Below are positions 19,864 to 29,479 of a DNA stretch of 64,000 nucleotides, one piece after another. A program made the position numbers and the translations under genes. The notes under the pieces are model-generated. The model searched no databases and was not told the origin of the DNA. It worked only from the letters and a program-made list of their open reading frames with translations. Position 1 is the first letter of the stretch. Every line of letters starts with the position of its first letter. Origin of the DNA: Desulfatiglandales bacterium (GTDB lineage: Bacteria > Desulfobacterota > DSM-4660 > Desulfatiglandales > HGW-15); the NCBI GenBank assembly GCA_963667015.2, contig CAXXJJ010000001.1, positions 2,208,001 through 2,272,000 of the forward strand. Direction: 5' to 3'.

Positions 19864-21447
19864 TTACATATCTTTCTGTGTCCATTCTCCGTCAATTAAG
19901 CGCCACATTTTTCCGGTTGGGTTTTTATCCTGAAGCTCAACAGGGAGACGGTGCTGGCGTACATTGTCATAACAGTAAAGGGCTGCAAAACGAAGCATTG
20001 ATGCGGGCAGACCTACAGCTGTAAAACCCGGATGACCCGTGGCCGGATAGGGCCCCCCGTGATTCATTGCCGGGACCACTGCCACGCCTGTCGGGGCCTT
20101 GTCATTGATGAGTCTTCCGACCCTGGTTCTCAGTTCAGGCTCGAGAATATCATAATCTTCATCATCATTACCCTGCGAATGAGAGTAAATCGTCCCTGTT
20201 AAATTTCCTTCCATTACCGCCGCAATCTCTTTCATCTCTTTGACATCCTCCGCAACCACAATCAGGCTTGCTGTTCCAAAGGCCTCAGTCTGAAGTTCAT
20301 GGGGATGTTTTATAAATCTCTTTCCATCCACCCTCAGAAGGGTATTTTCCGCCATGCAGCTTTCCGATTCAACCCTGTTGCTGCCGGTGAGGACCTGAGC
20401 TCCGGCTGAAATCAAAATCTGAACAGCATCTATAATGTCATCCGCTCCGGTGAGTGAGAGCAATGTTCCCGGCGGGTTGCTGCTGAACATTTTCACAAGA
20501 ATCCTGATGAACTCTTCGGATGCCTCTCCCTTCTGAACAATTATTAATCCCGGATTGGTGCAGAACTGCCCGGCTCCCATGGCGCATGATCCGAAGAGCT
20601 CGGCCGCAATTTCACCGGAGCGTTCTTCAATGGCTCCGGGAAGGATAAACAGCGGGTTGACGCTTGACATCTCCAGGTAGATCGGTTTTCCGGCCCTGTC
20701 TGCAGCCTCTTTAAGCTTCAGTCCGGCCGATTTAGTGCCTGTAAAGGCGGAGGCCCCGATGTGCGGATGAGAGACCATTTTTAAGCCCAGTTCCGGCATG
20801 GTTCGGTAGATCATCTGAACCGTGGCAGGAGGCATGCCGGTTTCCTTTACTGCTTCAAAGGCCAGCCGGGCAAGTATCAGTGTTGTTCCGGGGTGCCCGG
20901 TATTTGCCTTGGCAATCACCGGGTTGCCGGCTGCAACAGCTGCCGCAAAGTCGCCTCCTGAAACGGAGTTGAATGCAAAGGGAAAATTGTTCGGGCCGAA
21001 GACTGAAACCGGACCATCCAGAGGTCCCATCATGCTGCGGATATTGACCCCCGCATCGATGGTTGCACGGCACCAGCTCAGGTCCCGAGCCGCCCTGGCC
21101 GCTTCGCGAAGCTGACCCGTGGTACGGGGGAGTTCAACATCTTTAAGCCTGGGTACCTTTGGAAGGGCTGTTTCAATATGGGCGGTCTCCACAAGCTCAT
21201 CAGAATGGGCTTCGATTTTGTCTGCAAAGAGTTCAAGGAATTGGGCCAGCCGTTCCCGGGGTATATTTCTTAATGAAACGGCGGCTTCTTTTCCCGCCTG
21301 AACAGCCTCAAGGATATCCTCTTCTCCGCATACCGGATAGTATTCAGGAAGCGACTGTTTAGTGGAAGGATTTACCCCGTTAAAATGACCGGCAGGGTTT
21401 TTCGGGCCACGCCACTCTCCGGCAATCAATACTTTCTGGTATTCCAT
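19864..21447 (-). CDS. Alpha-ketoglutaric semialdehyde dehydrogenase (NADP+ aldehyde dehydrogenase)
   Basis: ELPRTTGQL, NFPFAF..GGDFAAA, EMSSVNP, GQFCTNPG and HGGPYPAT; operon context. Confidence 0.85.
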   Translation of the reverse strand: MEYQKVLIAGEWRGPKNPAGHFNGVNPSTKQSLPEYYPVCGEEDILEAVQAGKEAAVSLRNIPRERLAQFLELFADKIEAHSDELVETAHIETALPKVPRLKDVELPRTTGQLREAARAARDLSWCRATIDAGVNIRSMMGPLDGPVSVFGPNNFPFAFNSVSGGDFAAAVAAGNPVIAKANTGHPGTTLILARLAFEAVKETGMPPATVQMIYRTMPELGLKMVSHPHIGASAFTGTKSAGLKLKEAADRAGKPIYLEMSSVNPLFILPGAIEERSGEIAAELFGSCAMGAGQFCTNPGLIIVQKGEASEEFIRILVKMFSSNPPGTLLSLTGADDIIDAVQILISAGAQVLTGSNRVESESCMAENTLLRVDGKRFIKHPHELQTEAFGTASLIVVAEDVKEMKEIAAVMEGNLTGTIYSHSQGNDDEDYDILEPELRTRVGRLINDKAPTGVAVVPAMNHGGPYPATGHPGFTAVGLPASMLRFAALYCYDNVRQHRLPVELQDKNPTGKMWRLIDGEWTQKDM

Positions 21448-21473
21448 ATTTATCTCCTCAATCTTATCTTTTG

Positions 21474-22295
21474 TTATTGCTCTACACGGTTCTCCAGCAC
21501 AAGCCGGTCTATGGTTATGATAACCCTGTCTCCCACAGACAGTGAAAACTCTTCGTCAGGAATAATTCCGGTTCCGGTCAGCAGGAATGCACCAAAGGGA
21601 AAGGTCATCTCCATGGTCAGATAGGAAACCAGTTCTTCAAAGGAACGTTTTATCTGTGAAGTGTTTGTTTTACCCATGAAGATAATTTTACCTTCTCTTT
21701 CAATCTCCAATACAACAGGAAGGTTTTCCATCTGCTTAACATCAGCCAGGCAGATTCCCGGGCCCAGTGCGCAGGACCCGTCATACATTTTTGCCTGGGG
21801 CAGATAAAGGGGATTTTCTCCCTCGATATTTCTGGATGACACATCATTGCCAACGCAATAACCGAGAATTTCACCGCAGCTGTTGATAAAGAGGGCAAGC
21901 TCCGGTTCAGGTACATTCCAGCTGCTGTCCTTTCGAATGCGAATCGGCTCCATGGTTCCATTAACCCGCCATCCGATTGCCTTGAAAAAAAGTTCCGGGC
22001 GTTTGGCTTCATAGACCATGTCATAGACATTTTTAATATCTGTTTCAGCTTCACGTGCATCGCGGCTTCGTGCATAGGTCACACCGCAGGCCCATACTTC
22101 ATGGTCATATTCGATCGGGGGGAGAAGTTCTCCGGCTGCTTTTTCATCTGTTTTCATACGCAGCAGGGCGGCTTTAAATTCGTCCGCACTAAGACTCAGG
22201 GATTTTTTGATATCAAAATCGGATTCAAGAAAAAATCCATCAACTGCCCAGCGTGCTGAATCATTAATCCTGTGTTTTGTTAGAATCATTGCCAA
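21474..22295 (-). CDS. Fumarylacetoacetate-hydrolase family protein, probable 2-keto-3-deoxy-pentonate dehydratase
   Basis: EVWACGVTY, RPELFFK, DSSWNVPEPEL, NDVSSRNIEGENPLYLPQAK and TGTGI. Confidence 0.85.
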   Translation of the reverse strand: MAMILTKHRINDSARWAVDGFFLESDFDIKKSLSLSADEFKAALLRMKTDEKAAGELLPPIEYDHEVWACGVTYARSRDAREAETDIKNVYDMVYEAKRPELFFKAIGWRVNGTMEPIRIRKDSSWNVPEPELALFINSCGEILGYCVGNDVSSRNIEGENPLYLPQAKMYDGSCALGPGICLADVKQMENLPVVLEIEREGKIIFMGKTNTSQIKRSFEELVSYLTMEMTFPFGAFLLTGTGIIPDEEFSLSVGDRVIITIDRLVLENRVEQ

Positions 22296-22569
22296 ATCTC
22301 CGGTGTGATTGAGTAAAATCCGGTTAATGTTCGGGGAAAAAATTTAACTTTAAGGAATTTCTTCAAATTTAAAACTTTATCCGGATAGTAAACTATTCTA
22401 TAGGCAAATAACAATAAATAATGTATGAAAGTATACAAAAAAGCATAAATATGCGGATATTACTTCGGTGCAGTTTCCCTGTATTCACAGGCTTAAATCA
22501 ATCTGCGGCATCAGTTGCAGAACAGACTGTTTTTTTCATTTTCATCATGACTTCTAACTGGAGGAAACA

Positions 22570-24177
22570 ATGACTCAGGCGGCAACAGAAGGACCTCAAA
22601 GCTTTTTTACCAAATCGATTGTGCTGGGACTCTCAGCGGTTTTTATTACCTACTTTCTGACTTTATGTATGACCCTCGGCCAGAGTGTTGCTTCACCTAG
22701 GATCGCTGCCGATCTGAACGGGATGGACCTGTTTTCATGGGCAATATCCCTCCCTGCCCTTGCAATGGCTCCTTCCACCCTGCTCTTTGGAAAGCTGTCC
22801 GACATGTACGGCCGCAAAATCATGCTGCTGATCTCCCTGTTTTTTCTCACTGCAGGATCAATACTGGCTGCTGTCAGCCCGACATTCGTATTTAACATCA
22901 TTGCCCGTGTGATCATCGGTCTGGGGCTGGGTGCCCTGGCAGCTCTCTGTTTCTCGGTTGTAGGAGATATGTTCTCTTCCCCAACCGAAAGGAGCAAATG
23001 GACCGGCCTGCTGAATATTTCTCCCCTTATCGCCAATTTCTCCGTTCCTGTACTGGTTGGAATTATCACCACCAATCTCTCCTGGCGCTACTTTTTCTGG
23101 GCCGTTGTTCCAATAGCCATAATCTGCGTAATACTTGTCATCATAGGGGTTCCCGGACGAACCGAACGTACAGACCATCAGATTGATTATGTCGGAGCAT
23201 TTATACTCACAGCTGCCTCATCTGCCATGATCCTGGGTGTTTCCTTCACAGACAGATATCCCTGGGTTTCCTTTTATGTCCTTGGGCTTCTTGTAATATC
23301 CATTATTTTATGGAGCCTGTTCATCATGGTAGAATTAAAGGCAAAGGAACCTGTTCTGGACCCCCAGGTTTTCAGAAACCGCACCTTTCTGACCGCTGCA
23401 GTAGCCACGTTCCTTTCATTTTTCGGGTTTATAGGCATCATGAATTATTACCCGCTTTTTGCTCAGGGGGTACAGGGGGCGAGTGCACAACTGAGTGGTG
23501 CAATGCTGACTCCATTTACCGGGTTCAGCGCTGTTACCGCAATTACTGCTGGTTTATTGATTGCCAAAACAAAGCGTTATAAATGGATGTTTATCATGAG
23601 TTATGCAGGTCTGACTACAGCTATGTTTATGCTCTTTTTCTTCAACCAGGCAACACCCCTGTGGATCGGAGTCGTTGTCATGATATTCGGTGGAGTCGGT
23701 GTGGGGTCCATACCCACTATAAATATCCTGGTTGTACAGTTTGCATTGCCTGTAAAATTCAGGGGAATATCAATAGCGGCTATCTTTTTCATTGTGGCGC
23801 TTGGTGGCGCAGCCGCTCCAGCCATACTGGGACCTGTAATGAATGTTACCTATGAAAAAAAGCTCCAGAGTCTGCTTCCCGAGGATCTCGAACTTAATAT
23901 CGATACTGCAACCCTGGATTCCATTGCCGATCCCCGTGTCCTGATGTCAAAGGAGGCCATGGACGAGCTTAAGAAGGCCTTTGATAAAAATGAAAATATC
24001 AACCCCGCGCTTTTTGATGACACAGTACAGGCAATCCGGACAGCACTTCAATCCGGTCTCAGTGTCCTCTTCCTGATGGGGGCCATTGCACTGTTAATCG
24101 CACTTCTGTTTATCATTACTATACCGGAGGTGCCCATAGAAAGCGGTCCCCCTGATGGAGAGCCGCAGAAGGAATAG
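22570..24177 (+). CDS. MFS transporter (DHA2-like)
   Basis: GKLSDMYGRK motif A, WRYFFW, KEPVLD and many hydrophobic helices. Confidence 0.9.
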   Translation: MTQAATEGPQSFFTKSIVLGLSAVFITYFLTLCMTLGQSVASPRIAADLNGMDLFSWAISLPALAMAPSTLLFGKLSDMYGRKIMLLISLFFLTAGSILAAVSPTFVFNIIARVIIGLGLGALAALCFSVVGDMFSSPTERSKWTGLLNISPLIANFSVPVLVGIITTNLSWRYFFWAVVPIAIICVILVIIGVPGRTERTDHQIDYVGAFILTAASSAMILGVSFTDRYPWVSFYVLGLLVISIILWSLFIMVELKAKEPVLDPQVFRNRTFLTAAVATFLSFFGFIGIMNYYPLFAQGVQGASAQLSGAMLTPFTGFSAVTAITAGLLIAKTKRYKWMFIMSYAGLTTAMFMLFFFNQATPLWIGVVVMIFGGVGVGSIPTINILVVQFALPVKFRGISIAAIFFIVALGGAAAPAILGPVMNVTYEKKLQSLLPEDLELNIDTATLDSIADPRVLMSKEAMDELKKAFDKNENINPALFDDTVQAIRTALQSGLSVLFLMGAIALLIALLFIITIPEVPIESGPPDGEPQKE

Positions 24178-24272
24178 ACATGATCACATGACCCGTCCAC
24201 AGTGAGTCATGTTTAAAAAGCAATACATAAACCGGCTGTTGCAGCCGGCTGAATTTATATAAGATAAAAAGG

Positions 24273-25595
24273 ATGACGAAAATGGTATCCCCGGATGAAC
24301 TGGAGAAATATCATGAAGAAAATCTGGAGCTGAAAACGCAGATTGAGGAACGGACCGGAAAAACAGTAGAGCAGCTTTATGCCGAAAGAGCAAAAAGAGT
24401 CAGGGATGTAATCGAGCTGAGGGAGCCCGACAGGGTTCCCTTTTTAGCCCTTATCGATACCCAGTCCCATTACGGATTACCTAATTCCGCCTCCTATTAC
24501 GATCCCCTCTCCCTTAAGCGGACCATGAGGAAAGTAACCATGGATCTGGAGCCTGATATAAGCGAGGCAGGTTTCCCCTTCTGCGGACCGGCCATGACCA
24601 CGCTGGATGTGAAAAACTGCGTCTGGCCGGGAGGTCCTGTACCGGAGAATTATGAATATCAGTTCATAGAAGGGGAATACATGAAGGCTGATGAATATGA
24701 CATGTTTTTAAATGATCCTTCGGGCTTCATGATCCGCTGCTATCTTCCCAGGGTATACGGGGCACTGATGCCCCTTTCAAAACTGCCTCCACTGGATGAC
24801 CTGCTGATGGGGTTTGAGGCGATGACCCCCTTTTTTACAAGTCCCGAATTTGTGGAAATGGCAAAACGCCTGGCTGAGGCAGGAAGACAGGTAGCTGAAT
24901 TTTATCAGATTGTCGGAGATGCACAGGGGGAAATTGCCCAGCTTGGATTTCCTCCCTTTGCCAGCTTTGCTCCAGGCGGTGTGGGCGGGGCGCCATTTGA
25001 TACCATTACAAGTTTCCTAAGGGGCATGAAGGGCTCGATGCTGGATATGTATCGTCAGCCTGAAAAACTTATAAAGGCCTGCGAGGTTATCCTTGAAAGA
25101 CGGATTGCGCGTTCGATTCCCGCTGATACCTCCCACAGGGATTATCCCCAGAAGATAGCCATGCCGCTATGGAGAGGAGACCCTAATTTTATGTCCGATG
25201 CACAGTTTAAAAAGTTTTACTGGCCGGGACTGAAAAAATCACTGCAGACCCACGTGGACCTGGGTTATGTCCCTGTGCCATTCTTTGAATCAAAGTTCGG
25301 CGACAGGCTGGAATGCATGCTGGAGCTGCCAAAGGGGAAAATACTGGCATCAACAGATGCCGAAGATGCTGAAAGGGCAAAGGATATCCTCGGGGGTCAT
25401 ACCGCCCTGCTGGTACGCTGCCCCAATTCCTCCAGGGTATGGCCTGTCAGCAAACTGGAGGCTTTCCTCAAGGACGTAATAGATAAATGCGGTAAGGGCG
25501 GCGGCCTTATACTCGCTGTCCTGATACCAAATAATGTGAAGATTGAAGAGGTTCAGGCTATGCTTGAATCAGTCAGGGAGTATGGCAGATATTAA
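24273..25595 (+). CDS. Uroporphyrinogen decarboxylase / methyltransferase-fold family protein
   Basis: EPDRVP, EYMKADEYD, APFD...LRG, FKKFYWP and GKGGG motifs. Confidence 0.8.
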   Translation: MTKMVSPDELEKYHEENLELKTQIEERTGKTVEQLYAERAKRVRDVIELREPDRVPFLALIDTQSHYGLPNSASYYDPLSLKRTMRKVTMDLEPDISEAGFPFCGPAMTTLDVKNCVWPGGPVPENYEYQFIEGEYMKADEYDMFLNDPSGFMIRCYLPRVYGALMPLSKLPPLDDLLMGFEAMTPFFTSPEFVEMAKRLAEAGRQVAEFYQIVGDAQGEIAQLGFPPFASFAPGGVGGAPFDTITSFLRGMKGSMLDMYRQPEKLIKACEVILERRIARSIPADTSHRDYPQKIAMPLWRGDPNFMSDAQFKKFYWPGLKKSLQTHVDLGYVPVPFFESKFGDRLECMLELPKGKILASTDAEDAERAKDILGGHTALLVRCPNSSRVWPVSKLEAFLKDVIDKCGKGGGLILAVLIPNNVKIEEVQAMLESVREYGRY

Positions 25596-25610
25596 ATACT
25601 AATAGAGGAG

Positions 25611-26591
25611 TTGAATATGTTTAGAACAAATAGATTATTCCCCCTTTTTGTAATAATTGCTGTTTTTCTGATGATATCAGCAGTTACACAGAATACCTTT
25701 GCTGACAGTATTGATGACAACCTGGCCACCTCAAAGGTAACCAGCCCGCCTGTGGGTACAAAGGCAGGAGAGAGCCGGCGTACGGGAATGGACCCGGTTG
25801 ATGACCGTGTCGAACTCAGGGAGTACCTGTTTACCGATACAGGTGAGATGCTTCCCTATGCGGTGTTTGTCTCCTCAAAGGTTAAAAAGGGTGAAAAAGC
25901 CCCGCTTGTTTTGGCACTTCACGGTTTCAGCGGAAATCATGGCACCTTCATGCGCAGGCAGTGCGTGGAAGAGGCTGAAAAGAACGGCTATATAATGATA
26001 GGCGCCATGGGCTACAGCCCGACCGGGCCATTCGGCATGCAGATGCGTATGCCAGGCCCTCCCAAGGCAAAGATTGAAGCTCCCGGAGCCAAAACCGGTC
26101 CCTCATCAAAACCCAAGCCCAAAACCTTCATGTATATGGGGGGAGATGTTGGCGGTAAAAAGGAGAAGGACCCGGCAAAAGTAACCGAACTTAGCGAGAA
26201 GGACACCATGAATGTGCTTAAAATGGCCCTTCGGGAGTTCAACGTGGATAAAAACCGGATATACCTGATGGGTCATTCCATGGGCGGAGGCGGAGCACTG
26301 CACATGGGTGAAAAGTACGCCGATATCTGGGCCGCGGTTGCCGGAGTTGCCCCTGCAGCCATGGGTTTTGAATGGAGCCGCGACCAGAAACTCAAAAATG
26401 TGCCGCTGCTTATCATTGTCGGAGAAGATGATACGCTTGTCAAAGGATCAGAGCAGCTTGCCGATCAGCTCAAGGGCCTGGATTTTAAAGTAGAATATAA
26501 ATCACTGCCTGGACTGGATCACGGCGAAATCATCGGCGGCAGCATGCCTGATGTTTTTAATTTCTTCAACCGCCACACAAAGTCGGAATAG
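25611..26591 (+). CDS. Secreted alpha/beta hydrolase (esterase/PHB-depolymerase-like)
   Basis: PLVLALHG, RIYLMGHSMGG, GEDD and GLDH catalytic-triad motifs; signal peptide. Confidence 0.85.
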   Translation: MNMFRTNRLFPLFVIIAVFLMISAVTQNTFADSIDDNLATSKVTSPPVGTKAGESRRTGMDPVDDRVELREYLFTDTGEMLPYAVFVSSKVKKGEKAPLVLALHGFSGNHGTFMRRQCVEEAEKNGYIMIGAMGYSPTGPFGMQMRMPGPPKAKIEAPGAKTGPSSKPKPKTFMYMGGDVGGKKEKDPAKVTELSEKDTMNVLKMALREFNVDKNRIYLMGHSMGGGGALHMGEKYADIWAAVAGVAPAAMGFEWSRDQKLKNVPLLIIVGEDDTLVKGSEQLADQLKGLDFKVEYKSLPGLDHGEIIGGSMPDVFNFFNRHTKSE

Positions 26592-26610
26592 GGGGGGAGA
26601 AGGATTTGCT

Positions 26611-28128
26611 ATGAATCGAATACTTTTCGCCATTTTAGCTGTTGCCCTTTTTTCTGCATCCATAACAGGGGCACAAAGACCTGAGACCGGTAAATCAGCA
26701 CGTTACTGCAATCCACTTCCCATGGTAAAAGCACCTGGAGGGTATGCCGCCGGTGATGTAACGGTCATCAGGGATGGCGGTAAATATTACATGTACTGTA
26801 CAGGCGGCGGCGCCTGGGTATCGGATGATATGCTGAAATGGTCATTTCACCCTGTCGAAGGAGTACCCATTGCCCCGGATGTGGTCAAGTATAATGGCAG
26901 TTACTATATGTGCGGAAATGACGGTCCCCTGTACAGGGCAGATAATCCCCTCGGACCATATACGAGCCTGGGTGAATGGAAAAACACACCGGATGTTGCA
27001 GGGGGCTGGAATGGCGCCTTTGATATGGATATCTATATTGATGATGATAATACACCATATCTTTACTATGCCGGGCGGGGAGTCAGCGGGATTTTTGCAG
27101 TAAAACTCGATCCGGACGATTTAACCAGGTTTTCAGGCCCTGTCAGGCACCTTATCAGGTTCAACAGCGACCATGTCTGGGAGCGTTATGGCGAGATGAA
27201 TGAATATAACGATGTCGCATGGGTCGAAGGCCCCTGGACCCATAAACATAAGGGGAAATACTATCTGCAGTATTCTGCCTCAGGCACACAGTGGAAGACA
27301 TATGCCGGAGGATACTACATTTCCGAATCTCCCATGGGACCATTCAGGTACGCATCAAACAATCCTCTCATGCGAAAAACAGAAGGCCTTGTTACCGGTA
27401 CAGCCCATGGAAGCATTGTTGAGGGGCCTGACGGTAATCTCTGGCAGTTCTACACGATTGTCCTTTCCAATCCTCCCGGAGGGAGAAGAATTGGCATGGA
27501 CCGTATCACCTTTGATACAGACGGCAACATGGCCGTAAAGATAACCGATACGCCGCAATGGGCCCCCGGGGTTGTCAGCGATCCGTCGAATGGCGACAGC
27601 GGATCAATACCGGTGACCATCAACAAGGTTCTGGCCATGAATGCCCTTTCAAAATTTTCTTCCGAACAGCCCGGAAGATTCGCAGCCTATGCTGTAGATA
27701 ACTCGAGCGGAACCTGGTGGGAGCCCCAGCCTTCGGATCAGTCCCCGACGCTGACGATTGAACTTTCTCCTGCCACCCGTTTTGATGTGGTCCAGCTGTT
27801 TACCATTGACGGGGTCCGGATAATGTTCAATGGAGGAAGAATGCGCTTCGGAAGGGCCTCCGGCACGCAGCAGCCCGAAGATGTCTATAAGTACAGGATC
27901 GAGGTATCAACGGACGGAAAAAAATTCTCTAATGCCCTTGATCAGACGAATAATAAGTTTGCAAGGGATACAATATTTGAGGATATTTCTCCGGTAAAGT
28001 GCCGTTTTGTCAGGCTGACATTGACCGAGTGGCCAAAAACTTCTCCTCTGGGAATAATCGAGTTCACTGTTTTCGGGAAATCTGCGGGTTCTCTGCCCGC
28101 AGAAGAGCCGATCCCTGTGACCGATTAA
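26611..28128 (+). CDS. GH43 glycoside hydrolase with C-terminal discoidin domain
   Basis: YCNPL, APDV, YIDDD, WVEGPW, GTAHGS and CRFVRL; start placed at ATG 26611. Confidence 0.85.
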   Translation: MNRILFAILAVALFSASITGAQRPETGKSARYCNPLPMVKAPGGYAAGDVTVIRDGGKYYMYCTGGGAWVSDDMLKWSFHPVEGVPIAPDVVKYNGSYYMCGNDGPLYRADNPLGPYTSLGEWKNTPDVAGGWNGAFDMDIYIDDDNTPYLYYAGRGVSGIFAVKLDPDDLTRFSGPVRHLIRFNSDHVWERYGEMNEYNDVAWVEGPWTHKHKGKYYLQYSASGTQWKTYAGGYYISESPMGPFRYASNNPLMRKTEGLVTGTAHGSIVEGPDGNLWQFYTIVLSNPPGGRRIGMDRITFDTDGNMAVKITDTPQWAPGVVSDPSNGDSGSIPVTINKVLAMNALSKFSSEQPGRFAAYAVDNSSGTWWEPQPSDQSPTLTIELSPATRFDVVQLFTIDGVRIMFNGGRMRFGRASGTQQPEDVYKYRIEVSTDGKKFSNALDQTNNKFARDTIFEDISPVKCRFVRLTLTEWPKTSPLGIIEFTVFGKSAGSLPAEEPIPVTD

Positions 28129-28169
28129 TCCGGGATATCAGGCAGCAGGGGAGGCAGCTTTATTAAATA

Positions 28170-28322
28170 GTGCCCATCCAAAAACTGTCGTTTTTGAATA
28201 GCCGCGGTCAGCTGTCAGCGTTCAGCTTTTGGCTAAATGCTTTTCTAGCAGAGCTTTAGCTGACGGCTGACAGCTGAATGCTGAAAGCTCCATCCGGATT
28301 TTTGTTATTTCTGGATGGAAAC
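28170..28322. mobile_element. MITE-like element, copy A
   Basis: Ends GTGCCCATCCA...TGGATGGAAAC; 6-bp direct repeat TAAATA (28164-28169 and 28323-28328); internal 7-mer TCAGC/GCTGA palindromic array. Confidence 0.8.
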
Positions 28323-28341
28323 TAAATAATTTACAGGGAGC

Positions 28342-29370
28342 ATGAATATGTTGAAGTTTACAAGGGTATTTTTATCTTTTACGGCAGTATTGCTGTTTAT
28401 ATCGGTGGTTACATATGCTCAGGAGGCACCGGGACCGGGCAGGCCAGGGAGTAAAAGCTTTCCGGGTGCTGCAAAGAGGGGTTTTGGTGGCCAGAGAGGT
28501 GAGAATGTCATGGTCAGCCTCACTCCTCCTGCCAACGTGAAACGAATCAAATTATATGAAAAAACTCCCAATGTGATAGAGTTCGAGGAAAATGAACTTA
28601 ACCCCATGGAACCTACTCTTGATCTGTATATTCCTGACGAGGGCAAGGCAACAGGGGCGGGAGTTCTGCTATGCCCGGGAGGCGGTTACGAGATGCTGAC
28701 GGTTCCAGGAGAAGGGGGAACAATTGCCGAATTTTTTAAGGAGCATAATATTGCAGCCTTTGTTGTGCGTTACAGGCATGGCCCGCAATATCACTACCCA
28801 ACTACACTGCTTGATGCACAGCGTGCACTGAGACACATAAAGGCCCATGCAAAGGAGTACAATGTGGATCCGGACAGGGTAGGTGTCTTTGGGGGATCGG
28901 CAGGCGGACATCTTGCAGCTATGCTCGCCACACTCTATAACGATAAGCTGCTGCCCGAAGGGACGTATGTGCCCGATGAGATTGACAGCATCAGCGCCAG
29001 GCCGGCCTTTGCGCTTCTGCTCTACCCTGTGATTGACCTGACCGATGATTCGGTTACTCACAAAGGTTCCCGGAAAAACCTGACACAGGATAACCCGGAT
29101 CTTTATGACGCACTTTCACCCTGGAAACATGTTACATCAGATACACCTCCCTCCTTTATTGTACACGGCACTTATGATTTCCTCGTTCCGGTGATGAATT
29201 CTCTCCTTTACTACGAGGCATGTCTCAAGGTGCGTGTGCCAGCGGAGATGCATCTTCTGGATACACCGATGCACGGATTCGGGATGGGGGCCAATCTGAA
29301 TGATGATACGGCAAAGGAATGGCCGGTACAGGCAGTACGGTTTATCGAAAGGCACGCCGCGGCAAAATAG
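28342..29370 (+). CDS. Secreted alpha/beta hydrolase (BD-FAE / carbohydrate esterase-like)
   Basis: CPGGGY, DAQRALR, GVFGGSAGGHL, TPPSFIVHG and HGFG. Confidence 0.85.
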   Translation: MNMLKFTRVFLSFTAVLLFISVVTYAQEAPGPGRPGSKSFPGAAKRGFGGQRGENVMVSLTPPANVKRIKLYEKTPNVIEFEENELNPMEPTLDLYIPDEGKATGAGVLLCPGGGYEMLTVPGEGGTIAEFFKEHNIAAFVVRYRHGPQYHYPTTLLDAQRALRHIKAHAKEYNVDPDRVGVFGGSAGGHLAAMLATLYNDKLLPEGTYVPDEIDSISARPAFALLLYPVIDLTDDSVTHKGSRKNLTQDNPDLYDALSPWKHVTSDTPPSFIVHGTYDFLVPVMNSLLYYEACLKVRVPAEMHLLDTPMHGFGMGANLNDDTAKEWPVQAVRFIERHAAAK

Positions 29371-29479
29371 TGTTTGTGAGCTTAAAAACGGATGCCTGGC
29401 TATGTGTATCTTCAGTAGAGACGATCAGAGGCCAGGGCTTTTCGGAATTATTCATGTTAAATATTTAAGGGAACGAACA

